A DNA stretch of 64,000 bases from positions 787,449 to 851,448 of the forward strand of contig CAVSCD010000011.1 of assembly GCA_963726335.1 (NCBI GenBank). The letters are read 5' to 3'. Shown one piece after another: positions 19,503 through 28,099 of the stretch. Source of the stretch: Candidatus Aminicenantes bacterium (GTDB lineage: Bacteria; Acidobacteriota; Aminicenantia; Aminicenantales; UBA8522). The notes below the pieces were generated by a model. The model searched no databases. It saw only the letters and a list, made by a program, of their open reading frames with translations, and had not been told where the DNA came from. A program made the position numbers and the translations under genes. Within the stretch, counting starts at the first letter, position 1. Every line of letters begins with the position of its first letter.

Positions 19503-20960
19503 TCAGAAAAAGTCGTACCGGCCGCCGATCACCATCTGTCTCTGACGGGTGAAGGTCAGAGGCGTCGTCACGCCCTCGCCGGTGGCCGTGGCGATGCTGT
19601 AGCTTAGGTACCCGGGGCCGTCCACACCGAGCGCCGCGGTGCAGGGCGCGTTCCGGATGAACAGCGTGGTCCCCATCAGCCGGGCCATCCGCCGGGCCGT
19701 TTCATCATTCCGGGTATGGATGAGGGCCGAATGCCGGTAACCGTGTTCCGCCCTCAGGGCGGCCGCGATCGCGGCGTCGACGTCTCTCACCCGGACGACC
19801 GGCAGGAACGGCATCATTTGTTCCTCCCGGACGAAGACATGATCCTCGCCGGTCTCCCCGAACAGGAGGTCGACGTTATCTCCAACCGTCAAGCCCGCCG
19901 CCCGGCCCAGAAAAGCGGGGCTCCGGCCGATGTATTCGCGGTTCACGTGGAGCTCGCCGGACTTCTTGTCGGGCAGGAACGCGGCCTCGGTCAGTCGCCC
20001 GATCTGGCGCTGGTCAAGCTCGACCGCGCCCGCCCGGCGCATGGCCGCCATGAACTCCTCCGCGACGGCCTCGACGACGAAGACTTCTTTGTCGCCGATG
20101 CACAGGAGGTTGTTGTCGAAGGCCGCGCCGAAAATGATATGCTTGACGGCCGAGGGGAGGTCGGCGGTCTCGTCGACGACGACGGGGGGATTGCCCGGCG
20201 CCGCCGCGATGACCCGCTTGCCCGCCCGCATCGCCACCCTGACCACCTCCGGTCCGCCCGTGATGGTCAGGAGGGCGACGCCGGGATGTCGGAAAAGCTC
20301 GCCGGCCGCCTCGATCGAAGGCTTGGCCATGACCGTGATCAAGTTCTCCAGGCCGGTCTTGGCCTTGATGCGCCGGTTGATCTGCTGCAGCGCGTAGGTC
20401 AGGCAGCGGGCGGCCGCGGGGTGCGGTGAAAAGACGGCCGTGTTGCCCGCGGCGATGATGTTGATGGCGTTTCCGGCCATGGTCGGGATGCTGTGCGTCG
20501 CCGGCGTGACCATCCCGATGACGCCGAAAGGCGCGGCGGCGATGAATTCCGTTCCGGCGTCCCCGACCCGGACGCTCGTCCGCAGGGCCTCGACCCCGAC
20601 CACCCTGGACAGGATGGTCAGCTTCTGGATCTTGTGGTCCTCCCGGCCGAGGCGGGTCTCCTGAAATTCCAGGCGGGCCAGCTCCGCGGCGTTCTCCACG
20701 CAATAACCCTTGATGATGTCGACGATGACGCCCCGCTGCTCGAGCGACAGGGCGGCGAGCTTCGGCTGGGCCCTGCCCGCGGCGGCCACGGCGTCGTCGA
20801 CCGCGGGGAACACTCCGTCCGCACCCGTCCGCAGGTCCCGGTCTAACCCCGGGATTTCCCTCGGGCCGCCCGCGTCCGCCTCGGCGGTCAACCGGCGCAC
20901 GACCTCGGCAACGACGGCCGTGATATCGAGGTCACGATAGGGAGGTGAAGAACTCGTCAT
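19503..20960 (-). CDS. CoA-acylating aldehyde dehydrogenase (PduP/EutE-like) with N-terminal encapsulation peptide
   Basis: 485 aa; EutE/PduP-type ALDH core with catalytic Cys in NNLLCIGDKE; N-terminal amphipathic DITAVVAEVVRRLTAEA followed by G/P/D-rich linker. Confidence 0.9.
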   Translation of the reverse strand: MTSSSPPYRDLDITAVVAEVVRRLTAEADAGGPREIPGLDRDLRTGADGVFPAVDDAVAAAGRAQPKLAALSLEQRGVIVDIIKGYCVENAAELARLEFQETRLGREDHKIQKLTILSRVVGVEALRTSVRVGDAGTEFIAAAPFGVIGMVTPATHSIPTMAGNAINIIAAGNTAVFSPHPAAARCLTYALQQINRRIKAKTGLENLITVMAKPSIEAAGELFRHPGVALLTITGGPEVVRVAMRAGKRVIAAAPGNPPVVVDETADLPSAVKHIIFGAAFDNNLLCIGDKEVFVVEAVAEEFMAAMRRAGAVELDQRQIGRLTEAAFLPDKKSGELHVNREYIGRSPAFLGRAAGLTVGDNVDLLFGETGEDHVFVREEQMMPFLPVVRVRDVDAAIAAALRAEHGYRHSALIHTRNDETARRMARLMGTTLFIRNAPCTAALGVDGPGYLSYSIATATGEGVTTPLTFTRQRQMVIGGRYDFF

Positions 20961-20984
20961 ATCAGAACGCGCTCCATTCCCCGG

Positions 20985-21281
20985 CTAGGGTTTTTTCAGG
21001 GCTTTGCCGTTGACCTCGACCGAATCGACGATCCCGATGATCACGGCGTCGACGGGGCTGTCCTTGGTGCACTCGGTCATCCGGGCGGAGCTCCCCTGGG
21101 TGAACATGACGAGATCGCCGATGCCGCAGTTCACGCAGTCGACCGCCACGATGCTGCTGCCCTGCGGGACAAGCGTTTTCTCCTGGCTGACCTGGGGCTG
21201 AATGAGGAGGAGCTTCATCCCCAGGAATTTCGGATGCTTCTGCGAGGCGACCACCGTCCCCAAGACTTTGGCTAAGAACAT
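20985..21281 (-). CDS. BMC vertex protein (BMC-P), third paralog
   Basis: 98 aa MFLAKVLGTVVASQKHPKFLGMKLLLIQP..., EutN/PduN family. Confidence 0.8.
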   Translation of the reverse strand: MFLAKVLGTVVASQKHPKFLGMKLLLIQPQVSQEKTLVPQGSSIVAVDCVNCGIGDLVMFTQGSSARMTECTKDSPVDAVIIGIVDSVEVNGKALKKP

Positions 21282-21303
21282 GGCACCCTTCCTGTCGGTC
21301 CGC

Positions 21304-21579
21304 TCACCGCTTCGGGAGCATGCTCTGGATCTCGTCGTGCGGCCGCGACAGGACCTGCGAGCTGACGACCTGGCCCATCTCCCGGGCGACGGCCACGCCC
21401 GCGTCCAGCGCGGACCTCACGGCGGCCACGTCGCCCTGGATGTAACAGGAGCACAGGCCGCTGCCGATCTTCTTCCAGCCGATAAATTCCACGGCCGCCG
21501 ACTTGAGCATCGCGTCGGCCGCCACGACGAGGGCGGTCAGGCCTTTCGTCTCGATCATTCCGATCGCCGGTTTTGCCAT
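21304..21579 (-). CDS. BMC shell hexamer protein (BMC-H, PduA/EutM-like)
   Basis: 91 aa; MAKPAIGMIETKGLTALVVAADAMLKSAAVEF... canonical PF00936 sequence. Confidence 0.9.
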   Translation of the reverse strand: MAKPAIGMIETKGLTALVVAADAMLKSAAVEFIGWKKIGSGLCSCYIQGDVAAVRSALDAGVAVAREMGQVVSSQVLSRPHDEIQSMLPKR

Positions 21580-21597
21580 GGTTGCGACTCCTTTATG

Positions 21598-22770
21598 TCA
21601 GGACGCCGGGCGTCCCGCCGGTTTCTGCGAATTGATTTCATTTAAGAGTTCCGCCGCGGCCCGGGCCACGACGATCTCCTCGTTGGTGGCGACGGTCCAG
21701 ACCTCGGTTGCCGAGCCGTCGGCGGATATCCTCGACTCACCGGCCGCCGAGAGATTGCGCCGGCCGTCGATGCGGATGCCCAGGGGCTCGAGCCCCCGCA
21801 GGACCTCGGCCCTGACCCAGGGCGAGTGCTCGCCGATGCCGCCCGAAAAAGTGATCACGTCGAGCGTGCCGAGCTCGAGAAGGAAGGCTCCCAGGTGGCG
21901 CCGCACGGCGTAGACATAGGCATCGAGGGCGAGGCGGGCCCGCGGATCTCCCCGGCCCGCCGCGGCCTCGAGGTCGCGCACGTCGCCGCTCGTTCCCGAA
22001 AGCCCCGCCAGTCCAGATTCCGTGGACAACAGGCGGGCCATCTCGTCGGGGCCGAGCGCGTGTTTCTTCATCATGAAGAGCACGGCGAAGACGTCGATAT
22101 CGCCGACGCGATTATTCTGGGGAATTCCGCTCTGGGGCGTCATGCCGAAGCTCGTGTCGACGGCCCGGCCGTTCCTGACGGCGGCGAGGCTCGAGCTGCC
22201 GCCCAGATGGCAGGAGATTTGGTTGATTTCCTCCCGGCCGAGCAGTCGCCGCGCCCGTTCGCTCGCGTAGCGATGGCTGGCGCCGTGAAAGCCGAAGCGG
22301 CGGATGCCCTCCGCCTCGCGCCAGGACCAGGGCACCGCGTAGACGCAGGCCGCCTCGGGCAGGCCGGTAAAGAACGCCGTCTCGAACAGGGCCACCGCGG
22401 GGACCAGGGGCGCAACGGCCGCGAAGGCCCTCATGGCCGCGACATAAGGCGGATTGTGAGCGGGCACCAGGAACGCATACTCTTCCATGGCCTCCAAGAC
22501 CTCCGGGGTGACGAGGACGGCGCCGGTCAGCCCGCGGGCGTGCACGGCCTTGAACCCGACCGCGGCGAGCTCGTCCAGCGAGGCCAGGGGTTTTCCCGCG
22601 CCGATGAGCGAAGCCAGGCAGCGGTTGATGGCCGCCGGGAAATCGGGGCAGTCGCCCCCCTCCCGGCCGATCCGCTCGAACCGGCCTTCGGCGAGCACGC
22701 GCTCGTCGCCCGTATCGATCAGCCGATACTTGAACGACGTGCTGCCGATATTCGGCACGAGAATCTTCAT
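21598..22770 (-). CDS. ackA: Acetate/propionate kinase
   Basis: MKILVPNIGSTSFKYRL start, HLGGSSS and GIGEHS motifs of acetokinase family. Confidence 0.9.
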   Translation of the reverse strand: MKILVPNIGSTSFKYRLIDTGDERVLAEGRFERIGREGGDCPDFPAAINRCLASLIGAGKPLASLDELAAVGFKAVHARGLTGAVLVTPEVLEAMEEYAFLVPAHNPPYVAAMRAFAAVAPLVPAVALFETAFFTGLPEAACVYAVPWSWREAEGIRRFGFHGASHRYASERARRLLGREEINQISCHLGGSSSLAAVRNGRAVDTSFGMTPQSGIPQNNRVGDIDVFAVLFMMKKHALGPDEMARLLSTESGLAGLSGTSGDVRDLEAAAGRGDPRARLALDAYVYAVRRHLGAFLLELGTLDVITFSGGIGEHSPWVRAEVLRGLEPLGIRIDGRRNLSAAGESRISADGSATEVWTVATNEEIVVARAAAELLNEINSQKPAGRPAS

Positions 22771-22783
22771 GACGGACGCCGCC

Positions 22784-23065
22784 TCAGGCCTTCCTCTCCA
22801 CGAGTCCCAAGATGGAGTCGTGGGGCTGCGGGATGACGTGCGCCGCGATCACCTCGGCGCCGGCCGCCTTGAGGGTCGCGAGCCCGGCCTCGATCGCCGC
22901 CTTGACATTGCCCACCTCGCCCTTGACGACGGTCGTGACATAACCGCCGCCGATCTCCACGGTCCTGATCAGGGTCACGTTGGCGGCCTTGCACATGGCG
23001 TCGCCGGCCGTGATCAATCCGACCATTCCCCGGATCTCCAACATGCCGATGGCTTGATTACTCAT
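22784..23065 (-). CDS. BMC shell hexamer protein (BMC-H)
   Basis: 93 aa; AIGMLEIRGMVGLITAGDAMCKAANV... PF00936. Confidence 0.9.
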   Translation of the reverse strand: MSNQAIGMLEIRGMVGLITAGDAMCKAANVTLIRTVEIGGGYVTTVVKGEVGNVKAAIEAGLATLKAAGAEVIAAHVIPQPHDSILGLVERKA

Positions 23066-23113
23066 TCCGGTCCTCTCTTTTTTCGTTCGCCGTTCCGTGA
23101 CCGCCGTCCGGCC

Positions 23114-23401
23114 TCAGGCCTTCTGGGGCTTGGGTTTCCCCGTGAAAGACTCGAGATCCTCGTACGGGTTCGGGATCACCTGAGCCGCGACGACCTTGCC
23201 GAGTTTTGTCGCGGCCTCGGCGCCGGCGTCGACCGCGGCCTTGACGGCGGCGACTTCGCCCTCGAAAAAGGCCGTTACCATGCCCGAGCCGGCCGGCTCC
23301 CAGCGGATGAAGTCCACGGCGGCCGTCTTGCAGGCCGTGTCGGCGGCCTCGAGCATCGGCACAAAGCCGATCGTCTCGATCATGCCCAGCGCTTTTTTCA
23401 T
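23114..23401 (-). CDS. BMC shell hexamer protein (BMC-H) with short C-terminal tail
   Basis: 95 aa; ALGMIETIGFVPMLEAADTACKTAAVDF... PF00936. Confidence 0.9.
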   Translation of the reverse strand: MKKALGMIETIGFVPMLEAADTACKTAAVDFIRWEPAGSGMVTAFFEGEVAAVKAAVDAGAEAATKLGKVVAAQVIPNPYEDLESFTGKPKPQKA

Positions 23402-24135
23402 GCACGCACTCCTTTGTTGAAGATATCGCTGACGACGTTGAGTTTCCCTTTGGCGGGCCTCAGCGAGACCCGGCTGGCCGAGGCGAGATGACAGGCGTTG
23501 GCCTCGTCCGTGTCCAGATGGACCTCCAGCTTATAGCTCGGGTCGACGCGGACATGCACCCGCCCGAAGATGACGGGCGCGTCGCCCTCGACCACGAGCT
23601 CCATGATGTCCTTGTCGGCGACCCCGAACCGGGCCGCGTCGCGGTCGCTCATGTGGGCGTGAATGGCCGCCCGGATCACCCCTTGCTTGAGCTCCAGCAT
23701 CCCGGCCGGTCCCATGAGCCAGGCCCCGGGCGTGCCCTCGATATCGCCCGACATCCGGACGGGCACCTTTTCGATGCCGAGAAGCACGACATCGGTGTAG
23801 GCCAGCTCCACTTGCGAATACTCCCTGAGAGGGCCCAGAATGCGCAGCCCTGTGATCAACCGGCTCTTCGGGCCGATGATCGTCAAGGACTCCGACGCCG
23901 CGAAATGGCCCTCCTGGTAGAGCGGCCGCAGGGACGTCAGCTTGGCGCCCGTCCCGAACAGTGTTTCGAAATCCCTTGGGCACAGGTGAGCGTGGCGCGC
24001 CGAGACGTGAACCTTGAGCGGCGAGGCCACCCCGTCGGGGCGGACGGCGTCCCTACCCTTCCCGAATTCGCCCAGGACCTCGCGGACGACCCTCTCGACG
24101 GCGGCCCGGTCCAATGTCATGGCCATCGTCATCAC
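23398..24135 (-). CDS. pduL: PduL-type phosphotransacylase with N-terminal encapsulation peptide
   Basis: Two PduL repeats with metal-binding His motifs (HVSARHAHL; RAAIHAHMS; HVRVD); N-terminal amphipathic DRAAVERVVREVLGEF. Confidence 0.9.
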   Translation of the reverse strand: MMTMAMTLDRAAVERVVREVLGEFGKGRDAVRPDGVASPLKVHVSARHAHLCPRDFETLFGTGAKLTSLRPLYQEGHFAASESLTIIGPKSRLITGLRILGPLREYSQVELAYTDVVLLGIEKVPVRMSGDIEGTPGAWLMGPAGMLELKQGVIRAAIHAHMSDRDAARFGVADKDIMELVVEGDAPVIFGRVHVRVDPSYKLEVHLDTDEANACHLASASRVSLRPAKGKLNVVSDIFNKGVRA

Positions 24136-24138
24136 TCC

Positions 24139-24699
24139 TTATACGTACTCCCGGAGCAGCTCGGCCGACGGAGCCGAGATCAGGGCGCTCGCCACGAGCA
24201 TTCCCGACTCGGCCATGGCCGCCGCCGCCGCGTCCAGGCCGGCCCGGACCTCTCCCAGCCCGCCGCAGAAAAGCACCAGGCCTTTCCCGCCCATGGCCAT
24301 GGCCAGGTGGATGCGGAGAAGCTTGACCTCGGCGTTCTTGACGGCCTCGTCGGCGGCCTCCACGGCGCTGGCCGCCGAGAAGGTCTCGACCGCGCCGAGC
24401 GCTCCCGGCAACTCGTTGCCGAGCTCAACCGACAGGCTCAGGGCGGGCAAGACGTCGGGATGGAGGTTGCTGATGATCCGGTTCTCGATGATCGTGCCCG
24501 CGCCCGCCCGGGTGGCGGCTTCGAGCGAAGCTTTGACCGCGGATACGGAGCCGGCGACGACGATCAGGAACTTGCCCGAGCAGACCGGCCGGGCGATCAA
24601 GATGCTCACGGGCGCCGTTTTCAGGAGCGCGTCCTCGACCTGGTAGCCGAGGGCGATCGAGCTGAGCTCGAGAATTCCGATGTTGTTGATCTCGTCCAT
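24139..24699 (-). CDS. Tandem-domain BMC shell protein (BMC-T, PduT-like)
   Basis: 186 aa with two consecutive BMC (PF00936-like) domains. Confidence 0.8.
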   Translation of the reverse strand: MDEINNIGILELSSIALGYQVEDALLKTAPVSILIARPVCSGKFLIVVAGSVSAVKASLEAATRAGAGTIIENRIISNLHPDVLPALSLSVELGNELPGALGAVETFSAASAVEAADEAVKNAEVKLLRIHLAMAMGGKGLVLFCGGLGEVRAGLDAAAAAMAESGMLVASALISAPSAELLREYV

Positions 24700-24709
24700 G
24701 TTCCTTAGC

Positions 24710-26002
24710 TCATTCGGCTTCGATCACGACCGCGTCCGCGACCGACAGGACCCTGCCGTCGATGCTGGCGTGGACGGGAGCGCCGAGTTTTCCTTTCGGG
24801 ATTTCACCCAGACAATCCCCCTCTTTGACGCGCTGTCCGACCCGGGCCGTCGGCTCGGCCGCCACGCCCGCGTGCTGGCGAAGCGGAATGCGGACGCACC
24901 GCGGGCTCACCCGGACGTCACGCAACGGAGCCTGATCCAGGAGGTTCGCCAGGCCGAGCTTGCGCACGAGCCGAGACATGGGCAGGAGGCGGCCGAACCG
25001 CAGGGGATGCGGCCTGGGGGGCGGCGTGACGGATCGAGGAGGCCCGCTTCCCGCCGATTTCTTTTTGACGATGGCGCAGATCTCGGCGGGATCGAGGTCC
25101 TCGGGGCAGGCGGCCAGGCTGCAGAGGCGGCAGCCGGAGCAATATTCGGCGTAGAGCGCCGCTCCGTCGTCGGGCAGTCCCAGCCCGAAGCTGCGCATGA
25201 CGCGGTGCGGCTCGACCGGATGATTCAACAGGTAGCGGGGGCACAGCTCGGTGCAGAAAGAGCATTGGTCGCAGGCGGCCCGGGCGATCCGCCGGACCGC
25301 CTCCGGGCGTCGGGCATACCGGCGGATGAGACCGTGATCCCCGGGGAGAACGACCAACCCGGCGGTCGTCTTGGTCACGGGCTCGGAAAGATCGCCGGCG
25401 AGCCGGCCCATCATGACGCCGCCGACGAGGACGCCGAAGTCGGGGAGGACGGCGCCGCCGGCGGCCGCGATGACATCGGCGAACGGCGTGCCGACAGGGA
25501 CCTCGAGCGTCCGCGGCCTGGCGACCAGCCCGGCCACGGTCAGGAACTTGCGGGTGACCGGCCGGTCGAGCCCGATATTGACCAGCGTCTCCACGTTGAG
25601 GACGACGGCGCCGACGTCTTTGGGCAGGCCGCCCGGGCCGATGATCCGTCCCGTGACCTCATAGACCAGGACAAACTCATCGCCCGCGGGATAGACATCG
25701 TCAAGGGGCTGAACCGAGACTGCGGCCGGGCAGCGTCCGGCGAGGCCGGCGATGAGATCGCCGTGCTTTTTCTTGATCCCGATGATCCCGCGGCGGGCCG
25801 AGACGCGCTTCATGGCCGCGGCCAGCCCGGCGAAGAATTCATCGGGGCGGTGGGCCAGCAACTCCTGGTCCTTATGGATGAGGGGCTCGCATTCGGCGGC
25901 ATTGACGATGAGCGTATCGACGGTCGCGGCGAGCTTGACCGAGGAGGGGAACCCGCCGCCCCCGCAGCCGACCACGCCGTGCTCGAAGATGACGTCGATC
26001 AT
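24710..26002 (-). CDS. PduS/RnfC-like Fe-S flavoprotein
   Basis: Start set at MIDVIFEH; GCGGGGFPSSVKL nucleotide-binding loop; two 4Fe-4S motifs CDQCSFCTELCP and CSGCRLCSLAACP; C-terminal barrel-sandwich-like domain. Confidence 0.75.
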   Translation of the reverse strand: MIDVIFEHGVVGCGGGGFPSSVKLAATVDTLIVNAAECEPLIHKDQELLAHRPDEFFAGLAAAMKRVSARRGIIGIKKKHGDLIAGLAGRCPAAVSVQPLDDVYPAGDEFVLVYEVTGRIIGPGGLPKDVGAVVLNVETLVNIGLDRPVTRKFLTVAGLVARPRTLEVPVGTPFADVIAAAGGAVLPDFGVLVGGVMMGRLAGDLSEPVTKTTAGLVVLPGDHGLIRRYARRPEAVRRIARAACDQCSFCTELCPRYLLNHPVEPHRVMRSFGLGLPDDGAALYAEYCSGCRLCSLAACPEDLDPAEICAIVKKKSAGSGPPRSVTPPPRPHPLRFGRLLPMSRLVRKLGLANLLDQAPLRDVRVSPRCVRIPLRQHAGVAAEPTARVGQRVKEGDCLGEIPKGKLGAPVHASIDGRVLSVADAVVIEAE

Positions 26003-26288
26003 GTGTAGATAAAATAGATGGTATGGACGATTTTTACAAGTCCCCCATGAAAGCCGGGGCCGGAGCTGACGGCGAGCCGCCGGCGGTCGCCCCCCATAAC
26101 CCCTTTGGGTGAGAGGGCAGGGGGCAATATCACCTTCAGAATCCTCGGGGGGGGTGATTGACCCTCCCATATGCCGAGGGCATCATGGGGCCGTCCTGAA
26201 AGAGAACCGTAGGCGTAGAGGAGATTTTCGGGTTCGATGCGAGAATTCGTGACACAATGCGGCGTCTATTTTACAGGAAGGGTCAATG

Positions 26289-26341
26289 TTGACGGAAATT
26301 GTCATTAATTTGTTGACAACTTTTGTCAGTTCATCTATTTT
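26289..26341 (+). promoter_or_regulatory. Putative sigma-70 promoter of pilB with two tandem TTGAC-N6-TGTCA operator-like motifs
   Basis: TTGACA (26313-26318) -17 nt- TATTTT (26336-26341), about 17 nt before pilB ATG; motif TTGACnnnnnnTGTCA occurs at 26289-26304 and 26313-26328 in AT-rich divergent intergenic region. Confidence 0.4.
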
Positions 26342-26358
26342 GATAGGGTTGTTTTAAG

Positions 26359-28086
26359 ATGGGTTCAAACCTCGGCGAACTTCTCCTTCGTGAAAAAGTC
26401 CTCACGCCCGACCAGCTGAAGTCTGCCCTCGAGACCCAGAAGGAAAAAAACGTTCCCCTCCAGACGGCCATCGTTTCGCTCGGCCTGATCTCCGAGGAAG
26501 ACATGGCCCAGGCCTTGAGCCGGCAGCTGGGCTATCCCTACATCGACCTCGACCAGTTCGAGGTCTACCCCGACGTCGTCGGCCTGATCCCGGTGGATAT
26601 CGTCAAGAAGTACATGATCATGCCCATCCACCGGATCCGCTCCTTCCTGACCCTGGCGATGGTCGATCCGACCGACCTCGAGGTGCTCGAGGACGTCCGC
26701 TTCCGGACGGGGCTGAGCATCCAGCCCGTGATCGCCTCCGAGTCGGGGATCATGAACGCCATCAACAAGTATTACGGGTCGTCGAGCGCCCTCCGGGTGA
26801 AGAGGATCATCGAGGACATCGAGCTTGCCGAGGACACGCGGGTGAACATCATCCAGGAGGAGAGGGACAGCGCCGGCGTCGAAGAGCTGGTGCAGGCCAC
26901 CGAAGAGGCCCCCATCATCAAGCTCGTCAACGAGATCTTCATCGACGCCATCAAGAAGGGCGCGAGCGACGTGCACTTCGAGCCCTACGAGGAAAGCTTC
27001 CGCGTCCGCTTCCGGCTGGACGGCGTGCTCCACGAGATGATGAGCCTGCCGATGAAATTCAGGAGCCCGGTCCTCTCCCGCATCAAGATCCTCTCGAACA
27101 TGGACATCGCCGAGAAGCGCCTGCCGCAGGACGGCCGCATCAAGATGAAGGTCAAGCTGGACAACGGCGGCCGGAAAGAAGTCGACATGCGCGTCTCGGC
27201 GCTGCCGACGATCTTCGGCGAGAAGATCGTCTCCCGGATCCTGGATAAGCAGATGCTGAAGCTCGACCTGACCGAGCTGGGGTTCGAGGCCGAGTCGCTC
27301 CAGATCTTCAAGGAGGCCATCAGCCGGCCCTGGGGGATCATCCTGGTGACCGGCCCGACCGGCAGCGGCAAGACCAACACCCTGTACTCGGCCGTCTCGA
27401 CGCTGAACTCCGTTGAGAAGAACATCATGACGGCCGAGGACCCGGTCGAGTTCAACATCCAGGGCATCAACCAGGTCCACATCAAAGAGGAGATCGGGCT
27501 GAATTTCCCGAACACGCTGAGGTCGTTCCTCCGCCAGGACCCGGACATCATGCTCATCGGGGAAATGCGCGACTTCGAGACGGCGGACATCGCCATCAAG
27601 GCCGCGCTCACCGGTCACCTCGTGTTCTCGACGCTCCACACGAACGACGCCCCGAGCAGCGTCATGCGGCTGATCAACATGAACGTCGAACCGTTCCTGA
27701 TCGCCGACTCGGTGATCCTGATCGCCGCCCAGCGGCTGGTCAGGAAGCTTTGCGACAGGTGCCGGGTGCCCCACAAGCTCCCCGAGAAGGCGCTCGTCGA
27801 TATCGGGTTCACGGCCGAGGAAGCCAAGGCCGTCCAGATCTATAAGCCCGGCGGCTGCGACCACTGCAACAATACCGGCTACAAGGGCCGGACCGGGCTC
27901 TACGAAGTCATGCGCGTCGACGACGAAATCCGCGAGATGATCCTGCTCCGGGCCCAGTCCCGGGAGATGAAGAAGAAGGCCGTCATCAAAGGCATGATCA
28001 CCTTGCGGAGGAGCGGTTTGAGCAAGATCAAAAACGGGGTCACCTCCGTGGAGGAAGTGCTCCGCGAGAGCGTCAAGGACCAATAA
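26359..28086 (+). CDS. pilB: Type IV pilus assembly ATPase PilB (GspE family)
   Basis: 575 aa; N-terminal T2SSE_N domain, Walker A GPTGSGKT, Asp/His boxes and tetracysteine zinc motif CDRC...CDHC. Confidence 0.9.
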   Translation: MGSNLGELLLREKVLTPDQLKSALETQKEKNVPLQTAIVSLGLISEEDMAQALSRQLGYPYIDLDQFEVYPDVVGLIPVDIVKKYMIMPIHRIRSFLTLAMVDPTDLEVLEDVRFRTGLSIQPVIASESGIMNAINKYYGSSSALRVKRIIEDIELAEDTRVNIIQEERDSAGVEELVQATEEAPIIKLVNEIFIDAIKKGASDVHFEPYEESFRVRFRLDGVLHEMMSLPMKFRSPVLSRIKILSNMDIAEKRLPQDGRIKMKVKLDNGGRKEVDMRVSALPTIFGEKIVSRILDKQMLKLDLTELGFEAESLQIFKEAISRPWGIILVTGPTGSGKTNTLYSAVSTLNSVEKNIMTAEDPVEFNIQGINQVHIKEEIGLNFPNTLRSFLRQDPDIMLIGEMRDFETADIAIKAALTGHLVFSTLHTNDAPSSVMRLINMNVEPFLIADSVILIAAQRLVRKLCDRCRVPHKLPEKALVDIGFTAEEAKAVQIYKPGGCDHCNNTGYKGRTGLYEVMRVDDEIREMILLRAQSREMKKKAVIKGMITLRRSGLSKIKNGVTSVEEVLRESVKDQ

Positions 28087-28099
28087 GGAGACACCCTTC

